From positions 130,386,001 through 130,450,000 of the forward strand of contig OX597817.1 in NCBI GenBank assembly GCA_951406725.2: 64,000 bases of DNA, in the 5' to 3' direction. Shown here piece after piece: positions 14,964-25,740 of the stretch (within the stretch, counting starts at the first letter, position 1; each line of letters opens with the position of its first letter). Source of the DNA: Octopus vulgaris. Taxonomy: Eukaryota. A program made the translations under genes and the position numbers. Below the pieces are notes generated by a model. That model worked only from the letters and a program-made list of their open reading frames with translations. It did not search any database and was not told where the DNA came from.

Positions 14964-15570
14964 CCAAGAAAAAAACTAAGCTGTAAGCATTAGATTTCTT
15001 GGTAGAAGACAGGAATGTGAACGCACGAGACGGATGTAAATACAAGAGACGAAAACGAAATTGAAAACAGTAATGAATAAACAAAATATAACGGTGGTTG
15101 TCTTACGACTTTAGACCAAATGAGACAAAAACAACAACAACATAGCAGCTGGCGTAGAAATAATTACCGTTTCGGTAGAGGGGACACATGTTGGTCGAGA
15201 TACGATCGCCAACAGAATGGTTAAGAAGCAGCAGGTTGCAGGAGAGAGAGAGAAAGAGAGACAGAGAGAGAGGGAATCAAAGAGGGTGGAAGGCAGGGGA
15301 CAGAATCAGTGACCAAGAGAAAAGGAGAAAGAAGGGATTAAGGAGGATGGGAGGAAGAGGGGGAAGAATCGGAGGGCGCCAAAATAGTTTGGTAAAGAAG
15401 CAATGGCGGGTAGGAAAGACAAAGTGTATAGAAGTCGTGCAGGGTTTAAAATTGGACAAACAAACGGGGGGGTGCACGTAACGCCGCAATAATATAAGAA
15501 TAAATGTTTTTATATATAAAGAACGTGAAATACAGGAAGGGACGAACACGGAACACAGACAAATCATTCG

Positions 15571-15655
15571 AAGCCTTCAATCTTCAGTCAGACACCGAAT
15601 CATCATAGCAAATTTCGGCTGTTCAATTCTGATATTTGCTCCAACTCGGCCAGCC
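15571..15655 (-). ncRNA. Candidate non-circularly permuted hammerhead ribozyme (copy B)
   Basis: Identical to 14879-14963, offset by 692 nt. Confidence 0.65.
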
Positions 15656-15680
15656 CCAAGAAAAAAACTAAGCTGTAAGC

Positions 15681-15733
<53 letters not shown>

Positions 15734-15790
15734 GAAATATTAAAATTACTAAATCTCTCTAAAGGAGATTACGGCAGCGTTACTGGAAAT

Positions 15791-16059
15791 TAATAGTTAT
15801 CGCCATACTTATATGGCAGTCTTATAAATATAAGACTAAAGCTGTCGCTGATTAGTTTTTTAATAGTTATCGTCATAATGTGTTGAGAGATGCATCTGGG
15901 TATCTGTTGTGCATGTATAGTGTACTTACCTTTGTAGTCGAATGCGTAGTATGCAGGCGTGTATGTGTGTTTAGAGAGAGAGTGTTTATATTATAGAAGC
16001 ATACTAATCAGCGACAGCTTTAGTCTTATATTTATAAGACTGCCATATAAGTATGGCGA

Positions 16060-16066
<7 letters not shown>
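15791..16066. repeat. ~64-bp inverted repeat enclosing a duplicated copy of upstream flank DNA
   Basis: ATAGTTATCGCCATAC...GCTGATTAGT (15793-15856) versus ACTAATCAGC...GATAACTAT (16003-16066). The loop 15873-15991 matches 14657-14775. Confidence 0.8.
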
Positions 16067-16118
<52 letters not shown>

Positions 16119-16121
<3 letters not shown>

Positions 16122-16500
16122 CGTAGGAGTGACCGTGTGGTAAGTAGCTTGCTTACCAACCACATGATTCCGGGTTCAGTCCCACTGCGTGGCACTTTGG
16201 GAAAGTGTCTTCTACTATAGCCTCGGGCCGACCAAAGCCTTGTGAGTGGATTTGGTAGATGGAAACTGAAAGAAGCCCGTCGTATATATGTGTATGTGTA
16301 TATGCTTGCATGTTTGTCCCCCTAACATCGCTTGACAATCGATGCTAGTGTGTTTACGTCCCTGTAACTTAGCGGTTCGGCAAAAGAGACCGATAGAATA
16401 AGTACTACGCTTACAAAGAATAAGTCCTGGGGTCGATTTGCTCGACTAAAGGCGGTTCTCCAGCATGGCCGCAGTCAAATGACTGAAACATGTAAAAGAG
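16119..16500 (+). mobile_element. tRNA-derived SINE, near full length
   Basis: Head AGGCGTAGGAGTG..TGTGGTAAG..GGGTTCAGTCCC. An inverted copy lies at 46386-46792, with other copies at 30789-31160, 41321-41472 and 49770-49980. Confidence 0.85.
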
Positions 16501-16742
16501 TACATATATATATATACATATATATATATAAATATAGGTGAGAAAGTTTATTCTTTTCTTCTTTTACTTGTTTTAGCCATCTGACTACAGCCATACTGGA
16601 TATATAATTTTTGATAATGAATTAAATCAAATGATAATATTTTTAAGGTATTTAGTTAGTTAGTTAGTTAGTTAGTTAATTTGGCTCAAAAGCAAATAGC
16701 AAGGCCATGTAGGGGGACATGGAGTTAAGTACAGGGTGGTGT

Positions 16743-19631
16743 TCATGTAAAGAGTTCAGGCCACTTGAGGTCCAGGGAGGCTTTGAACAAAGCGGTCGTC
16801 GGCATCTTCACCATCTCGTCTGGCAGCTTGTTCCACGGATCCGCAACCCGGACGGAGAAAGCTCCTCTCCTTCGATTGAGATGAAATCGTCGCAGGTAGA
16901 GCTTTTCGGAATGACCCCGCAGCCGACGCTCCGGAGCAGGAGTGAAGAACAGCTCTTTCGAGAGGTTACACTTCCCGCTTATGATGTTGTGGGCGAGAAT
17001 GAGATCACCACGGCGGCGGCGTTTTTCAAGAGAATAAAGGTCGAGCGTCCTCAGCCTTTCTTCGTAGGACAAATTTTTGAGACCATGAACCATGCGGGTA
17101 GCCAGCCTCTGGACTCTTTCGAGATGCTGTATGTCTTTGAGGAGATAAGGAGAAGAGGCTTGAATCCCATACTCCAATATGGGTCTCACCAGCGTGACAT
17201 AGAGTGGTAGGAATATGGCTGCTGTGAGCATTCCGAATGACCGTCGAATCAAAAACAGAATTCCGCGCGCTTTGTTGGCAGCATGGACGCACTGGGCCGA
17301 AGGCGAAAAGGAGGAATCCACCAAGATACCCAGGTCCTTTACCTGATCGGTCCTCTCCAGCAGCAGACGACCCGGCTCGAAATCAAGTTGAGTTGCAGGA
17401 GTAGAGCCGACAGGCAGATGACAGCACTTTGACACGTTCAGACACAGGTCCCAATCGTTAGACCACTTCCAAATTTGGTGGAGGCATCGACGAAGATCCT
17501 CTATACTACCGCGAGGAGCGACCAGTTTGATATCGTCGGCAAATAGAAGGGTGTGTTGCGTGAGGTCGTCGGGCAAGTCATTTATGAAGACTAAGAACAA
17601 CAAGGGCCCAAGCACTGAACCTTGAGGCACGCCACTGCTCGCACTGGAGACGTCGGACCGCGAACCATTAACTTGAACTTGGAAGGAGCGATCTGAGAGG
17701 AAGGCACCAACCCATCGTACAATATCCGGATGGAAACTATATGCTTGAAGCTTGACAAGTAGTAGGCGGTGGTTTACCGAGTCAAAAGCTTTGGCAAAGT
17801 CCAATAAAACGATGTCAACAGCATCACTATCATCGAGGATGCGCGTCACCAATTCTTCCATTACTAGTAAGTTGGTCAAGCATGATCTCTTCGGCACGAA
17901 GCCGTGTTGGGAATCAGTGATCGAGGCTGTGTTTAGGAGGTGGAGCATCATACTTTTCTTAAGGATGGTTTCGAACATCTTGCTGATTATTGATGTAAGG
18001 GAAACCGGTCGGTAGTTAAGCGGGTCTTCGCGGCTCCCTTTCTTGAAAATTGGGCAGATTATCGCTGTTCTCCAGTCTGCAGGTATAACACCCGTCGCCA
18101 ATGACATATTGAATAGTCGTGTTAAGGGCTCGCAGATGACCGGAGCCAACGCTTTGATAACCCGTGGGTGTATGCCGTCAGGGCCGTGACCCTTGTTGAC
18201 ATCGAGGCCTTGAATAACACGTTTGACTTCGTCCCGCGTGATGACCAATCGAAGCATTGGAGGTACCGATCTATCAAATGGAGGGGGTTCACGACCATCA
18301 TCTTGTTTGAAAATAGTTGAAAAAGCCTCGGCAAATAATTGACTCTGTTGATAAGGGTCCTCAATCGATACGCCTGTTGAGTCTACCAACGTTGCAATCT
18401 GGTTGTTCAAGCGGGAATTCCGCTGGACATGGGCAAAGAAGGTTTTTGGATTGCTACTGGCATTTGCCGCGATTTTGTATTCATAACTGAAGCGTTCTTT
18501 CTTTTCAATTTTCACGGCTCGGTCTCGTTGAGTTTTGTACACCTCAAAAGCTGCAGTCGAATCCAGATTTTTGAATTCAGCCCAAGCAATATCTCTGAGT
18601 CGACGTTCTCGTTTAACCTTCTTCGTCACCCAGGGCTTGTGTTTCTTCCTCTTGGGAAGCCCAACGGGAACTGCCTGGTCAGTCAAACAGATTACATATG
18701 CTTTGAGGGATGACCATAGTTCGTCAACTGAGGACAACGTCATCAGGGATCGCCAGTCCAGAAGCGCGGAAGCCTCGGTTAGAATTTCAAGATTAATTGC
18801 AGAGAAGACTCTACGTGGCAGCGAAGTAATCGTGGGCGTAGAAAAAGTTGTGTGCATGACGAACTTCAGGACCGTATGATCACTCTTGGCAAGAGGGGCG
18901 CACACAGATACGTCTGACACTGATCTTGGATAGCGGGAGAATACCAGATCTAGCATAGATGGCTGCTGCCCAGACCGATGCCTTGTCGGATATTCAACAT
19001 GTTGCGATAGAAAACAATCTTCAGCCACGTCAAGAAGGGCCTGGCCGAACCGGGAAGATGTTGTACAAATTGATGCGGGCCAATCGATCGTGGGAGCGTT
19101 GAAGTCACCTAGTACCAAGCAGTCATGCGAAGCTGAAACGAATCTTATCGCTTCGAGTAAATGGGCATCGTCCTGGGGGTCGGCAAGAGGCGGCCTGTAG
19201 ACAGCCAACACGGGCAGGCAAAACTCAGATAGGCTCAGCTTGCAATAGACGGCATCGAATTTGGTTGTAGGTTGAGCATTTGTGGGTAGAATACCGCAGG
19301 ACGGTTTGTGCTCAGACTTAACATACACAGCAACACCTCCACCTCGCCTTTTTCCTCTGTCACATCTGAAAAGGACGTAGCCCTGCAGGTGGATTTCTGA
19401 GTCCTTTACTGCTGGAGTCAGCCAAGTCTCGGTGATAGCTATCACATCAGGGGAGTCACGTATGGCCAGTGTAAATAGTTCACTGAACTTTGGGAATAAG
19501 GAGCACGAGTTGGTGTAAACGATGCTGAGCTGTGAAGTCTGAGGGGCGGGAGTTGGGGAACAAGCAGAATAAAGGGCATCAGAGATAGCATCGTTGACGG
19601 GGGTATCAACTTCACTTCGATTTGCCCTCAC
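16743..19631 (-). CDS. LINE ORF2: APE endonuclease + reverse transcriptase (962 aa)
   Basis: EN motifs YTN, IAITETW, GGGVAVY, VYRPP, GDFNAP, LDLVF, SDH. RT motifs GPDGI, NYRPVSLTS, QHGF, LDFAKAFDSV, GVPQGSVLGPLLF, FADDIKL. CR1-type C-terminus YEERL..LDLYSLEKRRRRGD..LRGH. Confidence 0.95.
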   Translation of the reverse strand: MRANRSEVDTPVNDAISDALYSACSPTPAPQTSQLSIVYTNSCSLFPKFSELFTLAIRDSPDVIAITETWLTPAVKDSEIHLQGYVLFRCDRGKRRGGGVAVYVKSEHKPSCGILPTNAQPTTKFDAVYCKLSLSEFCLPVLAVYRPPLADPQDDAHLLEAIRFVSASHDCLVLGDFNAPTIDWPASICTTSSRFGQALLDVAEDCFLSQHVEYPTRHRSGQQPSMLDLVFSRYPRSVSDVSVCAPLAKSDHTVLKFVMHTTFSTPTITSLPRRVFSAINLEILTEASALLDWRSLMTLSSVDELWSSLKAYVICLTDQAVPVGLPKRKKHKPWVTKKVKRERRLRDIAWAEFKNLDSTAAFEVYKTQRDRAVKIEKKERFSYEYKIAANASSNPKTFFAHVQRNSRLNNQIATLVDSTGVSIEDPYQQSQLFAEAFSTIFKQDDGREPPPFDRSVPPMLRLVITRDEVKRVIQGLDVNKGHGPDGIHPRVIKALAPVICEPLTRLFNMSLATGVIPADWRTAIICPIFKKGSREDPLNYRPVSLTSIISKMFETILKKSMMLHLLNTASITDSQHGFVPKRSCLTNLLVMEELVTRILDDSDAVDIVLLDFAKAFDSVNHRLLLVKLQAYSFHPDIVRWVGAFLSDRSFQVQVNGSRSDVSSASSGVPQGSVLGPLLFLVFINDLPDDLTQHTLLFADDIKLVAPRGSIEDLRRCLHQIWKWSNDWDLCLNVSKCCHLPVGSTPATQLDFEPGRLLLERTDQVKDLGILVDSSFSPSAQCVHAANKARGILFLIRRSFGMLTAAIFLPLYVTLVRPILEYGIQASSPYLLKDIQHLERVQRLATRMVHGLKNLSYEERLRTLDLYSLEKRRRRGDLILAHNIISGKCNLSKELFFTPAPERRLRGHSEKLYLRRFHLNRRRGAFSVRVADPWNKLPDEMVKMPTTALFKASLDLKWPELFT

Positions 19632-19921
19632 ATCACTTTCCCTGTCAGCACTACAGCATGGGACCAGAGGTAGGACTTGATTATCTGTCCATCTTCGATT
19701 CGTAAACCCTTCTCTCCCATTTGTTTCCTCATCTTTAGTTCGGATATCAGGTTCCTCCGGCGAATTCTCTCTCTTAGTGAGTATTCCTCGCGAAAACCCA
19801 TATTGGGGTCCTCCCAGGCATGCGTCTGAGCTCTGTTCAGAAAGACTGAAGCCTCCCGATCAGAAGAAAAGATTACCCTTATTGGGCGTGGTCTAGTATC
19901 TGCGGTTGGGTTCGCTTGGAA
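19628..19921 (-). CDS. LINE ORF1 C-terminal fragment (5' truncated, absent from ORF track)
   Basis: Open frame FQANPTADTRPRPIRVIFSSDREASVFLNRAQ...GFREEYSLRERIRRRNLISELKMRKQMGEKGLRIEDGQII...KVM*. RPRPIRV.F and the ER..RR.L..EL..R motif resemble LINE ORF1 C-termini. Confidence 0.75.
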   Translation of the reverse strand, partial: FQANPTADTRPRPIRVIFSSDREASVFLNRAQTHAWEDPNMGFREEYSLRERIRRRNLISELKMRKQMGEKGLRIEDGQIIKSYLWSHAVVLTGKVM

Positions 19922-20158
19922 TACACATATTTCAGATTTTGCGTAATATGTAATAGAAAAGACATTGCTTACGCGTGAACTTCTTCAGTGAATACATTTC
20001 AATAAATGTGTGTGTCTGTGTGTATGTGTGTGTGTGTATTCATACTTAGATGTATATGGATATCTATATGCATATACATACATAATATTAAATATGGATG
20101 TATATATACACATACATACACACACATATATATATGTATCTATGTATCTGTATATATG

Positions 20159-20196
<38 letters not shown>

Positions 20197-20729
20197 CGTG
20201 TGTGTATGCACATATATATACAGATATATATGTGTATGTGTATATATATATCTATATATATATATAGTAGTGGTAAGATAACAAAAGAATGAAAGAGACC
20301 TCGATAGTATGTAAATAGAGGAATTTATCTGTAATATAATATGTTACAATTATTATATACACGCGCACACTCAAACACACACGTCTGTACGTATATCTAT
20401 TAAAGTATGCTTGTACATGTATATGTACATGAACGCAATGATATACATATACATACAGGGTTAAATTTGACAGTTTGCATAAAAGGAAACAGAATAGCCT
20501 AACCAAAAATGAAAGTATTTAAAAAAGAATTTTTTTTTAAATATCAACCAGATTATAGTTGGAGTATAGTTGCTTACACTGAGCAGCCGCCCTCAGATTC
20601 CACCACGGCCTCAAGATGGGTCCGTGACCTGGTGCACAGAGATAGATGGATACTGAGAGAGAAGGAGAGAGAGTGAGAGAGCGCGGACTGATGTACATGA
20701 AGGTGCACTGAACAATTTAACTTCATCTA

Positions 20730-21075
20730 AGCAACCATTTTTTTTATCAATGAACCACTTTGATCACTATTTTATTCTAGTGGATTCCCATAGCCATTTC
20801 ATGTTTAAAAACTAGTTCTATAGAAACTTCTTTGAAAACCCCTATTTTGTTTTTCACACATATTCACTTGTGTAGGTTGAACTATGTTAAATGACAGAAA
20901 AAGCAACCTAGCTATTTCTTGCAATACATACCAATATATACATTTAAACCAAAATGTTTGCAGGGGCCCTTAAAATACTATTGTGGATCCCCAATTTATC
21001 ATTTTGTTGCGTGGACCCTCAAAAATCTTATATAGACCCTCAGGGGCCATATGGACACCGACTGAGAACCACTGC
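20730..21075 (-). mobile_element. hAT-type MITE (same family as 34579-35100)
   Basis: Minus strand begins CAGTGGTTCTCAG..GTCCATATGGCCCC, and the body is similar to 34579-34680 and 34897-35100. Confidence 0.7.
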
Positions 21076-21454
21076 CATAGTGTTCAACTATGCAGCGGGT
21101 ACTCCGTGCTATGGTTGTATGTTTATGTGAATTAAAGAAAAATGGATCTAAATATACCACTCAGGAAAAAAATGTGAAATATTTACCATCCTGTATAACT
21201 TTCAAGAGTTCTTCACCTCGTCAGCTGATGTTAACCTCAAAAGAGCTACTCTGACAACAAAATAACTTCAGTGTTCTACTGGTGGGACATAAGTTGTGAA
21301 ACTTGTAGATAGAGGCATATGATTTCAGTCATAACAATATAATTTCAGTTCTTCCAAAACAAGATACTGAGTGCTCAATGTCTCATCAGGGAGTTTGTCC
21401 TTTGACGTACACACACCTACAGAAAATGAGAGATGGATAGATAGAAAGATAGCT

Positions 21455-21456
<2 letters not shown>

Positions 21457-21519
<63 letters not shown>

Positions 21520-21817
21520 CATATAAGTATATGTTTGAGTATTTAGAGTCAAACATATATGTATGCATATATGTATGTATATATGCATGTATGTATGTAT
21601 GTATGTATGTATGTGTGTATGTATGTATGTACATGTGTATGTACGCGTGTATGTATGTATGCACGCATCTATGTATGTTTGTATGTATGAATGTATGCGT
21701 TTATGTACGTACATACATACATACATACATACATACATACATACATACATGCATGCATGCATACATACATACATCCATGCATGCATACATACATACATAC
21801 ATACATACATACATACA

Positions 21818-21849
<32 letters not shown>

Positions 21850-21852
21850 CAT
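21457..21852. repeat. (TA)n/(TATG)n/(CATA)n microsatellites
   Basis: Directly visible. Confidence 0.95.
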
Positions 21853-21909
21853 TTATATACAGAACCATTCGTGCACATAAGTATATACGTATGTAGATAT
21901 ATAAATTGT

Positions 21910-22228
21910 GAGGGCGCGTGGCTTAGTGGTTAGGGCATTCGGCTCATGATCGTAAGGTTGTGAGTTCGATTCCCAGCAACGCGTTGTGTCCTTGAGCAAG
22001 ACACTTTATTTCACGTTGCTCCAGTCCACTCAGCTGGCAAAAATGAGTTGTACTTGTACTTCAAAGGGTCAGCCTTGTCACTCTCTGTGTCACGCTGATT
22101 ATCCCTGAGAACTACGTTAAGGGTACACGTGTCTGTGGAATGCTCAGCCATTTGCACGTTAATTTCACGAGCAAGCTGTTCCGTTGATCGTATCAGCTGG
22201 GACCCTCGTCGTCGTAACCGGCGGAGTC
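21910..22228 (+). mobile_element. tRNA-derived SINE
   Basis: GGCGCGTGGCTTAGTGGTTAGGGC..GAGTTCGATTCCC with A and B boxes. A degraded relative lies at ~38578-38740. Confidence 0.85.
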
Positions 22229-22607
22229 TTTAAGATATATAAATCTAACTAATGATTATATCAATTTGCTAGTTATTCTAGCTATTTAATTAGAAATTAA
22301 TCAATAAACATGTGTGTACGTATGTATGTTTTTGCGTGCGTGTGTGTGTGTGGGGGTGTCGGTTGTAACTAGACACGCATGAACTTCACAAGACGAACCT
22401 TGCAAGACGCGCGCATATATATGTATATAAACACACACACACACACACATATGAATATATAGATACATACATATACATGTATATATCTCCTTGCATATAC
22501 GAATACTCGCACATTTTCCATGGTTTCGCTTTCACTTTCAATTCTCCTCTACCCTTTCCCCCTTTTTGTTTTCTGTTTTAGTCTCAATCTCTCCCTTTCT
22601 CTCAACC

Positions 22608-22646
<39 letters not shown>

Positions 22647-22833
22647 TTCTCTCTCTCTCTCTCTCTCTCGACTAATTCCTCCACAATCTCTGCTCAATGT
22701 TCGACCTCAAAGATTCCATAATCAACAGGAATTCATTTAAACACATTTATCGATCTTCTTTACGCTCGAATTTCGGTTTTCCATTCCATTCTTCACACGT
22801 GCTTATTGCAATTGATGTGCGTATAAACTACTA

Positions 22834-22837
<4 letters not shown>

Positions 22838-22882
<45 letters not shown>

Positions 22883-23110
22883 CGATGACGACGATGACGA
22901 TGATGACAGTGACAATAACAGCGTAGTTATGATATTGACGGTGGTGGTGGTGGTGGTGGTGGTGGTGGTGGTGGTGGTGGTGGTGGTGGTGGTGGTTTTG
23001 GAGGTGGTGGTGGTGGTGGTGGTGGTGGTTTTGGAGGTGGTTTTGGTGGTGGTGGTGGTGTTGGCGGCGGCGGCTGCGGCGATAGTGGCGACGGTGGTGG
23101 TGGTGGTGTG
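22838..23110. repeat. (GAT)n/(GGT)n trinucleotide repeats
   Basis: Directly visible. The poly-His, poly-Pro and poly-Val ORFs are artefacts. Confidence 0.9.
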
Positions 23111-23550
23111 GGAGTGGAAAAAGATGAGGGTTGGTGATGGCAGCGAAGGTGCTGGTGGTTGGTACCAATGACGATGTTCATGCTATGATCATGATGATAG
23201 TGATGTGATGATCGTGGTTGGGATGGAAGGAGTGATGATGGTAGTATGTCACTGAAGATTTAGTTTGGCAAGCATCGAAGAAATATACGGGTAAATTCTC
23301 AGGGAGTTAACCGGGGTCGGGGCGAGGTATTTACGATTCCTAATTAAAATCCTTCTCACTTCATTTCCTTCGCCTAGAAAGAGAAGACCATCACAATATC
23401 CAGTTTCACCTATCCTGAATAATAGGGCTTAGCGGCCCAATGAGTAGGTAGGGTTTCTGTCCAGTCGCCGGATCTACTAGAAATAACACCCAAACTCCAT
23501 CACATCACATCTTGCGTTTCAATAAAATAGATAGGATACATTGGTTAACT

Positions 23551-24168
23551 ATTTCTTTACTGTCCACGAGGGGCTACACACAGAGAGGACAAACAAGGAC
23601 AGACAAAAAGATTTAAGTCGATTATATCGACCCCAGTGCGTAACTGGTACTTATTTAATCGAGCCCGAAGAGATGAAAGGCAAAGTCGACCTCGGCGGAA
23701 TTTGAACTCAGAACGTAAAGACAGACGAAATACCTATTTCTTTACTACCCACAAGGAGCTAAACGCAGAGAGGACAAACAAGGACAGACAAACGGATTAA
23801 GTCGATTATATCGAGCCCAGTGCGTAACTGGTACTTATTTAATCGACCCCGAAAGGATGAAAGGCAAAGTCGACTTCGGCGGAATTTGAACTCAGAACGT
23901 AAAGACAGACGAAATACGGCTACGCATTTCGCCCGGCGTGCTAACGTTTCTTTTTTCTTTACTGCCCACAAGGAGCTACACACAGAGGGGACAAACAAGG
24001 ACAGACAAACGGATTAAATCGATTATATCGACCCCAGTGCGTAACTGGTACTTATTTAATCGACCCCGAAAGGATGAAAGGCAAAGTCGACCTCGGCGGA
24101 TTTTGAAATCAGAACGTATCGACAGACGAAATACCGCTGAGCATTTCGCCCGGCGTGCTAACGTTTCT
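23551..24168 (-). mobile_element. Trimeric SINE array (~182-217 bp units)
   Basis: The unit TTTCTTTACT.CCCAC..GGACAAACAAGGACAGACAAA..GATGAAAGGCAAAGTCGAC repeats three times (23552, 23736, 23953). Confidence 0.85.
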
Positions 24169-24289
24169 GACGTGTTAATCATGGAAGGTATTTGAGACTA
24201 ATCAACAAGAACATCATAGTTTTGTGTGTATATGCACACGCGTATGTGTGTGTGTGTGCAATGATCAAAGCAGATGGGAGCTTGCAATC

Positions 24290-25400
24290 CTTCAAGGAAA
24301 CTGTTACGATCGTAGGAGTTTAATCAAAAAGTATCATTGTTTGACTACTGACAGTCCAAGCTTGTTCATTACATCCAAGCCGTTATTATTTTCCTCACTT
24401 GTTATAGTTTTCTTAGCTTATCAAACCACTTCCACCTCTGAATACAATCAACATCATATTTTTGGAGACAGTATATCTTTTGTGTTTAAGTAGCCATACC
24501 TACCCTCATACCCCTGGTCTTTTCTTTGTTCCATTTGATAATCCTAACTCTGTCCTTCATCACTGAAACAGTCATGTTACATCCACTGAAATTAGTCACG
24601 TCGTTTGTCAAGCCAACTAACTGCATTTTATTATCCACAAGTACAAAACCGAATCATGCCTTTTATTATTTTTTTTCTTTTGGTACTCTGTTCAAGGCGT
24701 TGCTAATTTCCTTTGCATTATTTTGTTAATACTTGAACCCTCTGCTCTTTCTACGACAACACTTTCTGTTCTCTTCTACAAGAAATATGTACATGTTATC
24801 TGCAATAATTCCTGTCAAGTTAGACTTGATACTGAACAGAAATTGCTGACAACATTTCACTTTGATGTGTCTTTTGCCACCGGAACAGTCATTCATTTGC
24901 CATCCATGCAAACAAGCTATCTTCTCTGCTTGCCATCTTATTCAGTTCCACTGATATTCTCTTATACAATGACTTAAAATATCTTTAACCAGCACTCTTG
25001 GTCGCGATCAAAATCTGGGGCTTTCCCCTTAATTTTTTATTTACTATCACTCGTAACACGTATATTCTCCTGCTAGTTGCTGTTTATTTAATCCTTAAGA
25101 AACTGTAATCATTCAGCTTGAGTATTATTAATCTTTTCTTCACCTCGAATTTCTCCTCAGAACTTCTTACTTTCTTTTTTGAGAACCGGGAAATAGCCTT
25201 ACATATTTACTCAAATAAGCATGCATTTGTTTTTCAGCCATGTTTTATATGCGGTTCTGTATTTATTGAGTTTTTTCTCTTTCTTCATATTTTTTCGTCT
25301 AAGAACTTTTGGTTAAAGTACTCTCTTTCAGTTTTTGTATCAGCGGTCATTTTTCTTTGTCTTTCCAATAAATTTGCCTTAGATTGGCAGAATCATTAAA
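24290..25400 (-). mobile_element. Highly degraded non-LTR RT remnant, R4/Dong-like
   Basis: Fragments GKAPDFD....CWLKIF and LTGIIADNMY.FLVEENRKCCRRKSRG resemble the R4-clade RT motifs KAPG.D....WLK and TGII...Y.....EQKGCR..SRG. Many stops and frameshifts. Confidence 0.5.
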
Positions 25401-25636
25401 TCGTTGAACAACATGCCAGGTGATATTTAGTTCCGGATCTTTGCGGTCTGAGTTCAAATACCGCAGTGGTCATTACCTCTCATCTTTTCAGAGTCGATAA
25501 AATAAAGTACTAGTCAAGTACTAGTGTTGAGAAAATCAACTAACCAGCATCCCCACTAACCATTTTACCTTTTGCTCAATTTAGGAATATTCTTTTATTA
25601 TCATTGTCATTCTTCTTCTTCTTCTTCTTCTTCTTC

Positions 25637-25685
<49 letters not shown>

Positions 25686-25693
25686 CATTATTA

Positions 25694-25740
<47 letters not shown>

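Larger units (their letters stand above)
14801..15683 (-). mobile_element. Non-autonomous PLE/retrozyme-like element: 191-bp terminal direct repeats (14801-14991, 15493-15683), 692-bp period, inserted in (TA)n
   Basis: The two repeats look identical by eye. The interior is non-coding and pyrimidine-rich on the minus strand, with (TA)n on both sides. Each repeat carries a permuted HHR motif. Confidence 0.75.
16652..19921 (-). mobile_element. 5'-truncated CR1-clade LINE
   Basis: Intact ORF2, ORF1 C-terminus upstream, short 3' UTR and a (CTAA)n microsatellite tail at 16652-16678. It is markedly more GC-rich than the flanks. Confidence 0.92.

Noticed and set aside
16719-18879. Plus-strand ORFs overlapping the LINE
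   Set aside because: They are antisense shadows of ORF2.
13431-20632. Shared ~50-nt GC-rich motif at 13431 and 20586, considered as an HDV-like ribozyme
   Set aside because: It is explained as two Tc1/mariner transposase C-terminal fragments on the minus strand.
21187-21230. Minus-strand CUGACGA..GAAA..AUA motif
   Set aside because: Helices I-III pair poorly. It is at best a decayed HHR and was not counted.
22803-23181. Poly-His and poly-Pro ORFs
   Set aside because: They come from a (GGT)n/(GAT)n repeat with no splice or domain context.
23551-24168. CRISPR-like regular repeats
   Set aside because: The ~200-bp units have no unique spacers and are a eukaryotic SINE multimer.
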